64,000 nt of DNA from contig CALRAL010000003.1 in assembly GCA_943350875.1 (NCBI GenBank), positions 25,174 to 89,173 on the forward strand, given 5' to 3'. How positions within the stretch are numbered: position 1 is the first letter of the stretch; each line of letters starts with the position of its first letter. The position numbers and the translations under genes are program-made. The DNA comes from Candidatus Nomurabacteria bacterium (GTDB lineage: Bacteria; Patescibacteriota; Minisyncoccia; Phycocordibacterales; UBA9973). Below, piece by piece: positions 38,808 through 48,260 of this stretch. The notes beneath the pieces were generated by a model. The model was not told the DNA's origin, searched no databases, and worked only from the letters and a program-made list of their open reading frames with translations.

Positions 38808-39710
38808 ATGTATATGGCGAAAGTCCCTGCAGTATTTAATAAAATAAATTCTCTTCGCGAGAGGTACTGGAAAGCTTTCAATAACAAAGAATCTCTAATT
38901 AAACTTGTTAGCGAGTCAGAAATTGCTGAGCAAGTGTATAACTCAAATGCTATCGAAAATAGTACTCTTACACTTGAAGAAACAGAAAAAATTTTATTAC
39001 AGATTGACCTAGATCGATATATAAGTGAGCGCGAGATTTTTGAAGCCAAAAATCTCGCGCGAGTGGTGTCATATATTGAGAAGCGAGCAAAAGAACAGGA
39101 GTTAACACTTGAAGTTGTATTATCACTTCACAAGATGCTTATTTCAAATATTCGTGATGAAATTGCAGGCAGGTTTAGAAAAGAAAAAGAATTTGTGCGA
39201 GTGGGTAGTCACATTGCTCCCGCACCGCAAGAAATACTTGAGAGGTTGGGAAATATGCTCGCAGAATATAATGCAAATAATCATGAAAATATTGTAAAAT
39301 GTATTGCACGATTGCATTTAGATTTTGAGTATATCCATCCATTTATCGATGGCAATGGTTGTATTGGTCGCGCGCTTAATAATTATCTTTTGATTCGTGA
39401 AGGATTTGTCCCCATCAATATTAAATTTATAGATCGCAAAAAATATTATGATGCATTTAAAGAATTTGATGAAAAAGGTAAAATAGAAATAATGGAAGAA
39501 ATTGTTGCCAAAGCTCTGACCAATAGTTATCACAAGCGTTTGGCATATTTAGAAGACAAGAAAATTATAACATTAGTGGAATATGCAAAATCTCAAAAAA
39601 TTTCTCATTCAAATTTGATAAATAAAGCTAAACGACAAACTATTGAAGCTTTTATGGAACGAGGGATTTGGAAAATAGGAGTTGAGTATAAGAAAAAATT
39701 ATATGAATGA
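38808..39710 (+). CDS. Fic/Doc family protein (AMPylator or toxin-like)
   Basis: 300 aa with the canonical Fic motif HPFIDGNGCIGRAL. The start may be the ATG at 38814, giving a leaderless transcript. Confidence 0.8.
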   Translation: MYMAKVPAVFNKINSLRERYWKAFNNKESLIKLVSESEIAEQVYNSNAIENSTLTLEETEKILLQIDLDRYISEREIFEAKNLARVVSYIEKRAKEQELTLEVVLSLHKMLISNIRDEIAGRFRKEKEFVRVGSHIAPAPQEILERLGNMLAEYNANNHENIVKCIARLHLDFEYIHPFIDGNGCIGRALNNYLLIREGFVPINIKFIDRKKYYDAFKEFDEKGKIEIMEEIVAKALTNSYHKRLAYLEDKKIITLVEYAKSQKISHSNLINKAKRQTIEAFMERGIWKIGVEYKKKLYE

Positions 39711-42700
39711 AGAAAATGTAAAAAATAATAAATCAGAAGTAGCTCTCAGGGAGGAGAGGGTTTTGGAATTTTGGGAGCAAAATAAAATATTTGAAAAAGT
39801 TTCAAAAAAGGTAGCGAAGAAGGGTGACTATGTATTTTATGACGGTCCGCCGACGGCCAACGGCATGCCGGGGCTACACCATGTGGAGCCACAATCTTTC
39901 AAGGATTTAATTCCTCGATACAAAACTATGCGAGGGTATAATGTCTTGCGTAAAGCGGGCTGGGATACACACGGGCTTCCAGTAGAGCTTCAAGTAGAAA
40001 AAGCGCTTGGGCTAAAATCTAAAAAAGATATTGAAAAATACGGAGTAGAACTTTTTAATCAGAAATGCAAAGAAAGTGTTTGGCAATATAAAGCAGAATG
40101 GATGAAAATGCGTACTCGCATGGGTTTCTGGACTGATCTGGAGAATGCATACGTAACTTATACGAATAATTATATTGAAGCCTTGTGGGGAGTAGTGCAA
40201 AAGGCAGATGAGAGAGGATTCTTGTATAAAGATTTCAAGATCTTGCCTTGGTGCCCTCGCTGTGGGACAGCTCTCTCTAGCCATGAGCTCAATCAGCCTG
40301 GGGCATACAAAGATGTAAAAGATCTGTCTGTTTATGTGAAATTTAAAATTATTGGTGGCAATGATGCTTTTGCGGGGTCGCTGTCTCCGTCTGTTGACGG
40401 AGCGCTGCCTCTCGGCTCGTCAGCCTGCGAGACACCCCGACAAAAGCACATTGCCACCAATTTTTACATTCTTGCTTGGACAACAACACCTTGGACTTTG
40501 CCGGGGAATGTGGCTTTGGCAGTGGGGAATGATATTGATTACGTAAAAGTGAAATTTGGTGGGGAGATTTTGATTTTAGCAGAGGCTAGACTTTCTGTTT
40601 TGGGTGGCGAATATGAAATTTTGGAAAAATTGAAAGGCAAAGATTTAATTGGTTTAGAATATGAACCACTTTTTCCATATTTGTCCGCCCAAGGCGGATC
40701 CGCCTCTGGCGGAAAAGATTTTAGTGAAAGTATAAAAAATGCTTTTAAAATTTATCCAGCAGACTTTGTGACGACCACAGACGGCACAGGAGTGGTGCAT
40801 ACAGCTGTGATGTATGGAGTGGATGATTTTGAGCTTGGAACTAAATTAAATTTACCGAAATATCATCTCGTAAATGAAGAAGGTAAATTTATAAAAGGTA
40901 CAGGATTCTTGGAGGGGCGATATGTTAAGGAAGCTGACGAGAATGGCAAGCCGACACTCGCTGTGGACATCATTGATGACTTAACCAAGCGTGGACTTTT
41001 GTTTAAAAAAGAAAATCACTTGCACAGCTATCCACATTGTTGGCGTTGTGATACACCACTTATTTATTACGCTCGGATGTCTTGGTATTTTAAGATGAGT
41101 GCGCTACGTAGCCAATTAATGGCTGGAAATGAAAAGATACATTGGGAGCCAGAACATATCAAACACGGACGTTTTGGTGAGTGGCTTGATGGTATAAAAG
41201 ACTGGGCCATTTCTCGGGACAGATATTGGGGTACACCGATACCAGTCTGGCAGAAAAAAGATGGCACATATAAAACTATCGGCTCACTTTCAGAACTAAA
41301 AAAATATACTAAAAAGTCAGGTAATAAGTATTTTGTCATGCGACATGGGGAAGCAGAAAATAATATGGGAGAATTATATAAAGTTGATCCGACTCAAAGT
41401 TTTAATCTTACTGAAAAAGGGTGTCAACAGGTTTTAGAAAATATTAAAAATTTTAAAGAAAAAGTAGATGTTATTATTTCTTCCCCATTTGAACGAACAA
41501 GAGAAACTACAAAAATAGTTTGTGAATTTTTAGGTTTTCCGTTAGATAAAGTTATTTATGATGATAGAGTGCAAGAGTGGGAAGTAAGCTCTATGTTTAA
41601 TGGTAAGACACGTAAAGAGATGAAACAATATTATGATAATGATTATATGTATGCTCCACACGAAAGTCTTGCTGATGCAGAAAGTTTTATCCATGTTGTA
41701 AAAAGAACTGGGGATTTCCTTTATGACATAGAATCTAAATATAAAGATAAAACTATTTTACTTGTTAGCCATGCTGGGGCAGGCAGGGCTATGACGTTTG
41801 TCTCGAATGGAGCTACTTTTACTGATTTACCAAATAGACCAGATATAACCAAGATGCTAGATAATGCAGAAATCAAAAAACTTGATTTCGTGCCACTTCC
41901 TCACAATCAAAATTATGAACTTGATTTTCATAAACCATATATTGATGAAATAATTTTAGAAGAAAACGGAGAACAAATGTCTCGCACACCGGAGGTGATG
42001 GATGTGTGGTTTGATTCAGGGGCTATGCCTTATGCACAGAGTCATGTGTTAGGTACTCCGATGGACTTCTCTCCAGCCAAGGCAGACTACATATCTGAAG
42101 CGATAGATCAGACTCGTGGATGGTTCTATACTTTGCATGCAGTTATAAATTTGGTAAATAATAAATCAAGTAATGCTTTTAAAAATGTTATTTGTCTCGG
42201 GCATATTTTGGATGCGAATGGGCAGAAAATGTCTAAATCAAAAGGCAATGTAGTGGACCCATGGATGATGTTTGATAAATACGGGGCGGACACCCTCCGC
42301 TTATGGATGTATTCTGTGAATCAGCCAGGGGAGTCAAAGAACTTTGACGAGAAAAATGTTTTGGAATTAAATAGACAAGTTTTTGGCTTGCTTTATAATA
42401 TTGTGGCTTTTTATGAGCTTTATCGGGATAAAGATTTAGAAATTATACAAGGACAGTCCTTAAGAGAGTTTCCCCAAGGACTGTCCTTTAAAAATATTTT
42501 AGATATTTGGATTCTTGCTAGATTAAACGAGTTGATAGAACTCACTACTAAAAATCTAGATAGTTTTAAACTTTTAGAGCCGACTCGAGCTATGAAAGAT
42601 TTTATAAATGATCTCTCTACATGGTATCTGCGTCGTTCTAGAGATAGATTAAAAGATGAAGATAAAAATGCAAAACTTACACTGTATTTTGTATTAAAAA

Positions 42701-43347
42701 ATCTGGCAAAACTTATGGCACCATTTGCTCCCTTTTCTGCGGAAGATATCTGGCAGAAATTGAAAAATGAGGAAGATGTAGAAAGTGTGCATTTGGTAGA
42801 TTGGCCAAAAGTGTCAAAGGGCATCTTTGACATGTTTAGCAAAAAAGAGGAGAAAGTCTTGAAAAATATGCAAATTGTGCGTGATATTGTTTCTCTTGGG
42901 CTTGAAGCGAGGCAGAAAGCGGGGATAAAAGTCCGTCAACCGCTCGCTACGCTCAAGTGTAAAGTAGAAAGTGGAAAGTTGTCGAGTGAATACTTGGAAC
43001 TTATTAAAGACGAGTTGAACGTAAAAGAAGTATTATTAGAGCCTCGAGCCTCGAACCTAGAAACTAATGTAGAACTCGATACAAGAATAACTCCAGAATT
43101 AAAATCTGAAGGAGATTATAGGGAGCTTGTGCGAGCAATACAGGATATGAGGAAAAAGATGGGGCTGACTCCGAGTGATGTGGTGTCTTTCTCCTTTGAC
43201 ACAAATGAAGAAGGAAAAAAGTTAATCCAGAATTTTGAAAAGGAACTAAAAAAAGTAATTCTTGCTTCAGAAATAAAATTCATGGCAAATGATGGCGACC
43301 CAATCGTTATAGATGAACTAATATTTAAAATAAAAGTGGTAAAATAA
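39682..43347 (+). CDS. ileS: Isoleucine--tRNA ligase with an inserted histidine-phosphatase (PGAM-like) domain and two short in-frame palindromic-element insertions
   Basis: 1221 aa with HVEPQ (HIGH-like), TTTPWTLPGN, HKPYIDE, KMSKSKGN and the anticodon-binding domain. The phosphatase insertion is bounded by FVMRHGEAENN...SSPFERTRET...LLVSHAG at about 41300-41925. Confidence 0.9.
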   Translation: MSIRKNYMNEENVKNNKSEVALREERVLEFWEQNKIFEKVSKKVAKKGDYVFYDGPPTANGMPGLHHVEPQSFKDLIPRYKTMRGYNVLRKAGWDTHGLPVELQVEKALGLKSKKDIEKYGVELFNQKCKESVWQYKAEWMKMRTRMGFWTDLENAYVTYTNNYIEALWGVVQKADERGFLYKDFKILPWCPRCGTALSSHELNQPGAYKDVKDLSVYVKFKIIGGNDAFAGSLSPSVDGALPLGSSACETPRQKHIATNFYILAWTTTPWTLPGNVALAVGNDIDYVKVKFGGEILILAEARLSVLGGEYEILEKLKGKDLIGLEYEPLFPYLSAQGGSASGGKDFSESIKNAFKIYPADFVTTTDGTGVVHTAVMYGVDDFELGTKLNLPKYHLVNEEGKFIKGTGFLEGRYVKEADENGKPTLAVDIIDDLTKRGLLFKKENHLHSYPHCWRCDTPLIYYARMSWYFKMSALRSQLMAGNEKIHWEPEHIKHGRFGEWLDGIKDWAISRDRYWGTPIPVWQKKDGTYKTIGSLSELKKYTKKSGNKYFVMRHGEAENNMGELYKVDPTQSFNLTEKGCQQVLENIKNFKEKVDVIISSPFERTRETTKIVCEFLGFPLDKVIYDDRVQEWEVSSMFNGKTRKEMKQYYDNDYMYAPHESLADAESFIHVVKRTGDFLYDIESKYKDKTILLVSHAGAGRAMTFVSNGATFTDLPNRPDITKMLDNAEIKKLDFVPLPHNQNYELDFHKPYIDEIILEENGEQMSRTPEVMDVWFDSGAMPYAQSHVLGTPMDFSPAKADYISEAIDQTRGWFYTLHAVINLVNNKSSNAFKNVICLGHILDANGQKMSKSKGNVVDPWMMFDKYGADTLRLWMYSVNQPGESKNFDEKNVLELNRQVFGLLYNIVAFYELYRDKDLEIIQGQSLREFPQGLSFKNILDIWILARLNELIELTTKNLDSFKLLEPTRAMKDFINDLSTWYLRRSRDRLKDEDKNAKLTLYFVLKNLAKLMAPFAPFSAEDIWQKLKNEEDVESVHLVDWPKVSKGIFDMFSKKEEKVLKNMQIVRDIVSLGLEARQKAGIKVRQPLATLKCKVESGKLSSEYLELIKDELNVKEVLLEPRASNLETNVELDTRITPELKSEGDYRELVRAIQDMRKKMGLTPSDVVSFSFDTNEEGKKLIQNFEKELKKVILASEIKFMANDGDPIVIDELIFKIKVVK
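40351..40460. repeat. MITE-like 110-bp GC-rich element with perfect 13-bp terminal inverted repeats (ATTGGTGGCAATG / CATTGCCACCAAT), in-frame in ileS just upstream of TTTPWTLP
   Basis: The terminal and nested inverted repeats (CTCCGTC/GACGGAG) are visible directly. It encodes IGGNDAFAGSLSPSVDGALPLGSSACETPRQKHIATN. Confidence 0.7.
40685..40717. repeat. Family-4 palindromic element (CCGCCCAAGGCGGATCCGCCTCTGGCGGAAAAG), in-frame in ileS
   Basis: It shares GGATCCGCCTTGGGCGGAAAA with the copies at 57605-57628 and 62428-62451 and encodes SAQGGSASGGKD. Confidence 0.7.
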
Positions 43348-43351
43348 AAGT

Positions 43352-43915
43352 ATGAAAAAGGTATTTATGATACATGGTTTTGAGGGAGAACCAAATGGCG
43401 GTTGGAGGCCTTGGCTGATGGGTGAATTAGCAAAGAAGGATATTTATGCGTGTGCCTTACCTATGCCCACTCCAGATAAGCCAGAGAAAAATGAATGGAT
43501 AAAAGTTGTCTCTGATTCTGTTAGAGTCCCAACTGAAGAAATATTTCTAATTGGCCATTCTCTCGGTGTGCCAACTATTCTAAGATATTTAGAAACTTTG
43601 CCAGAAGAAACAAAAATCGGTGGGGCTATACTTATAGCTGGTCCAGCTTTTGTAATAAATAAGTCTGGGTATGAAAAAGTAAACGTTTTTTTAAAAGAGC
43701 CATTTGATTTTGGGCATATAAAAAATGCTTGTAAAAAATTTGCCATAATTCATGGAGATAATGATACAGCTGTTCTATTTTCTGATGCCGAATATTTAGC
43801 AAAAAATCTTTCTTGTAGTTTAATTTCTATAAAAAATGGTAAACATTTAGCTGGTCACGATGGTTTTTATGAACTCCCAGAAGCATTAGAAGAAATTTTA
43901 AAAATGGTAAAATAA
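43352..43915 (+). CDS. RBBP9/YdeN-family alpha/beta serine hydrolase
   Basis: 187 aa with the GHSLG nucleophile elbow and small esterase architecture. Confidence 0.55.
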   Translation: MKKVFMIHGFEGEPNGGWRPWLMGELAKKDIYACALPMPTPDKPEKNEWIKVVSDSVRVPTEEIFLIGHSLGVPTILRYLETLPEETKIGGAILIAGPAFVINKSGYEKVNVFLKEPFDFGHIKNACKKFAIIHGDNDTAVLFSDAEYLAKNLSCSLISIKNGKHLAGHDGFYELPEALEEILKMVK

Positions 43916-43919
43916 TGGT

Positions 43920-44423
43920 ATGGAAAGAAAATTAATTTGTGGAGATAAATTTGTTTTTGGTCACGGGACTATATCATTACCAGTTTCGTTTGAAAATGTT
44001 CCAAATGAGCTAGTATTTGAGGGTAATAATCTTTTGATAAATGATTTTTTACATGTGAGTTTGGTATGTATAGGTAAAATAATTGAAAAATATAATGTTA
44101 AGATTCCTGATTTTGAAAATAAAATAATAGAAGATTTTTGTGAGTTTTCTAATGAAAATAGTGTTGAACCTGTAATTTATAATAATGATTATAAATTAGC
44201 TGAGAAAGATGAAAAGAAAACTATAGTTGTGATGTGCAAGGTTCCTAACCTGAATAAATTTTTTGAATTGATAAATAAAAAATATGGATTAAATGTAGAA
44301 TATCCTCCTACACATGTGACTTTGTACAAACAGCCTGGTAAACTTGGTATATTCTTAACTAATATGGAAGATATAAAAAATTTTACTAAGCCTATTACAA
44401 ATCCAATAGGCCATTTGTTGTAA
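43920..44423 (+). CDS. Hypothetical protein, possibly a 2H phosphoesterase (LigT/ThpR-like)
   Basis: 167 aa with two H-x-[ST]-L motifs (HVSL, HVTL) about 90 aa apart. Confidence 0.3.
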   Translation: MERKLICGDKFVFGHGTISLPVSFENVPNELVFEGNNLLINDFLHVSLVCIGKIIEKYNVKIPDFENKIIEDFCEFSNENSVEPVIYNNDYKLAEKDEKKTIVVMCKVPNLNKFFELINKKYGLNVEYPPTHVTLYKQPGKLGIFLTNMEDIKNFTKPITNPIGHLL

Positions 44424-44427
44424 TCTA

Positions 44428-45051
44428 ATGCATCATATACACCACACAGAGGGGATAATATTAGGGAGTAGGAATTTTGGAGAGACGGGGAAATATTATT
44501 CCATTTTCACTCGTGATTTGGGCTTGGTATATGCTAGCGCGCAGGGAGTACGCAAGATGTCCTCCAAACTCCGTTTTGTCCTTTCAGATTATTCTCATAT
44601 AAAAGTGGATTTAGTAAAAGGCAAAGACCTCTGGCGAGTGACGAGCGCTTCAAAGACAGGGAGTCTTGAAGACATCTCAAAAGATAAAGAGAATTTTGTA
44701 GTTTTTGTCAGTATTTTAAATCTATTGAAAAGATTATTAGCTGGGCAAGAAGCAAATGAAACTTTATTTACAGATTTGGTAAAAGGTTTTAATTTTTTAG
44801 AAAAAGTTGGGCAAAAAGAACCTGCCCGCAATGCTTTCAGTATAGCTGATGCAGGCGGGGATAATTTAAGGAATATAGAAATAATAATAGTTTTACGAAT
44901 GTTGAATAATCTGGGATACATAGGAGCCGGAGAAACATCAGAGAATATAATAAAATCTCCATTTGAAGAGAATTTGGTGTTTGAAGTATCAAAGAATAGG
45001 TCTAAAGTTTTAGAGCAGATAAACAAGGCCTTAAAAGAGACTCATTTGTAA
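44428..45051 (+). CDS. recO: DNA repair protein RecO, compact, with an in-frame family-1 insertion
   Basis: RecO N-terminal OB-fold pattern EGIILGSRNFGETGKYYSIFTRDLGLVYASAQGVRK. The insertion at 44821-44860 encodes EPARNAFSIADAGGD. Confidence 0.65.
   Translation: MHHIHHTEGIILGSRNFGETGKYYSIFTRDLGLVYASAQGVRKMSSKLRFVLSDYSHIKVDLVKGKDLWRVTSASKTGSLEDISKDKENFVVFVSILNLLKRLLAGQEANETLFTDLVKGFNFLEKVGQKEPARNAFSIADAGGDNLRNIEIIIVLRMLNNLGYIGAGETSENIIKSPFEENLVFEVSKNRSKVLEQINKALKETHL
44821..44860. repeat. Family-1 palindromic element, in the reverse-complement orientation relative to the nusA copies, in-frame in recO
   Basis: CCTGCCCGCAATGCTTTCAGTATAGCTGATGCAGGCGGGG. Confidence 0.75.
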
Positions 45052-45107
45052 TGTGTTTGCCCCGTAAGAAATTTCTAAAATTTCGTTCGGGGTGGTATAA
45101 TTAAAGG

Positions 45108-47033
45108 ATGTCATTGCGAGACAGAGAGAAATTAAATAGGGTGGAAGAACTAAAAGCCAAGCTATTTAGTAAAGATTATCAGACAAAGATAGGCTTTAGG
45201 GATGGCTTTTCTCATACAGAACGGGTGGATGTGCCGGATTCTTGGCAGGATGATACTAAAAACAGTTTGAAAGAAAAGTTTTTTATGAAGACATCCATGT
45301 TTAAAAAGTTTTTTATTTTTTCTATTGTATTTTTTATTCTAGCTTTGGGATATGCTTCCTATGTATTTTTCGTAGGTAGTAACATCGTATCTAATGACAA
45401 CATAGAGATATCAGTATTAGGGAATGCTTTCACCGCTGGTGGGGAAGATCTACCACTCCAAGTGGAAATAGCTAATAAAAATAATTCTGCCCTCGAACTC
45501 GTGGATCTAGTATTAGAATATCCAAAAAGTTCATCCACAGATCTCTCCCAGGACACTGAGCACATCAGGGAGTCATTAGGTACTATTCCTGCGGGGTCAG
45601 TAAAAGATGAAAATGTAAAAGTCATGCTTTTTGGAGAACAAGGTAGTACTCGCCAAGTAAAAATCTCTATTGAATACAGAGTAGAAGGCTCAAACGCTAT
45701 ATTTGTGAAAGATAAATTATATGATGTCAGCATAAATGGAACCCCGATAAACCTCTCGGTGGATGCTCCAGAAGAAACGACTCCAAACCAAGACATAACT
45801 TTGAACGTGAAAGCTACCTTGAATGCTACCAAGCCAGCGTCTAAAATGCTTATAAAGGTTGATTATCCAGCTGGTTTTCAATTTGCATCTGCAAAACCTT
45901 CTCCTTCTTTTGGTAATAATGTCTGGAATTTAGGGGATCTGGCGCCTGGGTCTGAACGCAACATCTCGATCCTAGGCAAGATGGTGGATGTGTTTGACGG
46001 GGAAGATAAAACTTTCCATATCTGGAGTGGTCCGCAATCTGATTCGGATAAATCATTGATCGGAGTAGTGTTCAATTCACTTGGGCATACTGTTGCTATA
46101 AAGAAGTCTTCTGTAGAAGCTCGACTTTTCATAAACGGTGTCTACCAGAGAGAATATGCTATTAACACTAAGACTATCATTCAAGGAAATATAAATTGGG
46201 CAAACAATTTAGACACTAAAATAAACGATCTTACTATTACTGCTAAAATATCTGGAAATGCTGTAAATAAAAGTACTATTTCGGCTTCGCAAGGATTTTA
46301 TAATTCTTTAACTAACTCCATCATCTGGGATAAAAATTCACAAAATAATTTAGCAGGAGTAAATCCTGGAGATACAGGTACTGTCACTTTTTCTCTGTAT
46401 CCACTTTCACTTTTCTCTGGGGGTAGTGGGATGCTCACTGAGCCGAGTGTGAATATAGAGGTGAATATCACAGGTAAGCAATCTCTCGAAGGTTATGCTG
46501 TGAAAAACCTTGGCAGTTCTGAATCAAAAGTTGTAAAAATAATTTCAGATGTTGGATTTGCCACTAAAGCCCTTTACTATTCTGGGCCTTTTTCAAACAC
46601 TGGACCTATTCCTCCAAAAGTAGATAAAGAGACTACTTATACTATCGTTTGGACTCTTTCAAATACTGCTAATAATATATCAAATGCACAAGTGAGCTCG
46701 ACTTTGCCACCATGGATCCGTTTTGTGGGGCCTATTTCGCCTCCAGCTGAAGACCTGACTTATAACCCTTCTACCAAGGAAATCCTTTGGAAAATAGGAG
46801 GAATTCCTAGGGGGACGGGCATCACAGAGGCTGGCAGGGAAGTTGCTTTTCAAGTGGCCCTCATTCCTTCGCTTTCTCAGGTGAATACCGCGCCTCTATT
46901 GATCAATGATGCTATTTTGACGGGACACGATGATTTTGCTAATGTGAATGTGAGGGTGAATAAATCGTCGCTTAATACTTTGCTTTCAAATGATCCATTG
47001 TTACCTCCTTCTGGAGATAGGGTGGTGGAATAA
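45108..47033 (+). CDS. Large membrane-anchored extracytoplasmic protein, hypothetical
   Basis: 641 aa with a cytoplasmic N-terminus, a single TM segment at about aa 65-87, and a large beta-rich ectodomain. Confidence 0.35.
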   Translation: MSLRDREKLNRVEELKAKLFSKDYQTKIGFRDGFSHTERVDVPDSWQDDTKNSLKEKFFMKTSMFKKFFIFSIVFFILALGYASYVFFVGSNIVSNDNIEISVLGNAFTAGGEDLPLQVEIANKNNSALELVDLVLEYPKSSSTDLSQDTEHIRESLGTIPAGSVKDENVKVMLFGEQGSTRQVKISIEYRVEGSNAIFVKDKLYDVSINGTPINLSVDAPEETTPNQDITLNVKATLNATKPASKMLIKVDYPAGFQFASAKPSPSFGNNVWNLGDLAPGSERNISILGKMVDVFDGEDKTFHIWSGPQSDSDKSLIGVVFNSLGHTVAIKKSSVEARLFINGVYQREYAINTKTIIQGNINWANNLDTKINDLTITAKISGNAVNKSTISASQGFYNSLTNSIIWDKNSQNNLAGVNPGDTGTVTFSLYPLSLFSGGSGMLTEPSVNIEVNITGKQSLEGYAVKNLGSSESKVVKIISDVGFATKALYYSGPFSNTGPIPPKVDKETTYTIVWTLSNTANNISNAQVSSTLPPWIRFVGPISPPAEDLTYNPSTKEILWKIGGIPRGTGITEAGREVAFQVALIPSLSQVNTAPLLINDAILTGHDDFANVNVRVNKSSLNTLLSNDPLLPPSGDRVVE

Positions 47034-47036
47034 AAT

Positions 47037-48260
47037 ATGAAAAAAGAAAATACAGAAGAAAATAATTTAATGGAGAAAATAGTGTCGCTATGTAAAAGGC
47101 GAGGCTTTATCTTTTCTGGTTCAGAGATATACGGTGGGTTTGCCGGCACGTATGATTGGGGGCATTTTGGGTTGGCATTAAAGAATAATATAAAGCAAAA
47201 TTGGTGGAAAAAGTTTGTGGATTCGAGGCGTGATATGTATGGCATAGATGCTGCGATATTGATGCGACAAGAAGTCTGGCAGGCCACGGGGCATGTGGCG
47301 AATTTTGCTGACCCCCTTGATGGTAAAGCTTTTAATACGATGCTCAAGACGCAAGTCGGGGCCAAGAAAGACGAAATTGCAGTTTCTTATTTACGTCCAG
47401 AAACAGCTCAGGGAATGTTTGTGAATTTTAAAAATACAGTGGATGCTTTTCATCCAAAACTTCCTTTTGGTATGGCGCAAATTGGTAAAGCGTTTAGGAA
47501 TGAAATAGCTCCACGGGATTTTCTTTTTCGTCAGAGAGAGTTTGAGCAGATGGAAATAGAATATTTTATAAGAGCAGAAGATTGGGAAAAATATTTTGAT
47601 TATTGGAAAGATGAAATGCTTGTTTGGATGGAAGAAGTTGGTATTGATATGTCCAAAGTGCATGAACTAGAGGTAGTAAAAGAAGATAGAGCTCATTATT
47701 CTAGCCGAACCATTGATTTTGAATTTGATTATCCTTTTGGCAAGAAAGAACTTTTTGGTTTAGCTTATAGAACTGATTTTGATTTAAAAACTCACAAACT
47801 TGAATATATAGACGAAGAAGAAGGTGGAAAAATGGTTCCACATGTGATAGAGCCGACTTTTGGAGTAGATAGAGCATTTTTAGCTTTGATACTTTCTTCC
47901 TACAAAGAAGATGAGAAGGACGGGGAAGTGCGTTCATATCTTAAATTTAAACCCAGCATTGCTCCAGTGATCTGTGCCGTGTCTCCACTTTTGAAAAATA
48001 AACCAGAACTCGTGGAATATGCAAATACCAAAGTTTTCGTTCCACTCAAATCAGAATTTGGACGAGTGATCTGGGATGACAATGGGAACATTGGTAAGCG
48101 GTACCGCCGTCAAGATGAGATAGGCACTCCATGGTGTATCGTTGTTGATTTTGATACTTTGACAAACAATACTGTGACGGTCCGCGACCGTGATACAGGA
48201 GAGCAAGAACGAGTAAAAGTCTCCGAATTAATTTCGTATATAAAAGATAAGTTGGATTAA
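47037..48260 (+). CDS. glyQS: Glycine--tRNA ligase, alpha2 dimeric class II type
   Basis: SEIYGGFAGTYDWGHFG and class II motifs 2 and 3 (FRNE, GxGxGxxR-like), with a C-terminal anticodon-binding domain. Confidence 0.85.
   Translation: MKKENTEENNLMEKIVSLCKRRGFIFSGSEIYGGFAGTYDWGHFGLALKNNIKQNWWKKFVDSRRDMYGIDAAILMRQEVWQATGHVANFADPLDGKAFNTMLKTQVGAKKDEIAVSYLRPETAQGMFVNFKNTVDAFHPKLPFGMAQIGKAFRNEIAPRDFLFRQREFEQMEIEYFIRAEDWEKYFDYWKDEMLVWMEEVGIDMSKVHELEVVKEDRAHYSSRTIDFEFDYPFGKKELFGLAYRTDFDLKTHKLEYIDEEEGGKMVPHVIEPTFGVDRAFLALILSSYKEDEKDGEVRSYLKFKPSIAPVICAVSPLLKNKPELVEYANTKVFVPLKSEFGRVIWDDNGNIGKRYRRQDEIGTPWCIVVDFDTLTNNTVTVRDRDTGEQERVKVSELISYIKDKLD

Noticed and set aside
38705-39049. 114-aa minus-strand ORF overlapping the fic 5' end and promoter
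   Set aside because: It overlaps a strong promoter and the Fic CDS on the opposite strand and has no recognisable domain. I considered it a shadow ORF.
40352-40546. 64-aa plus-strand ORF rich in Arg/Leu/Cys inside ileS
   Set aside because: It is an alternate-frame artefact created by the GC-rich MITE-like insertion. ileS reads through the same DNA in its own frame.
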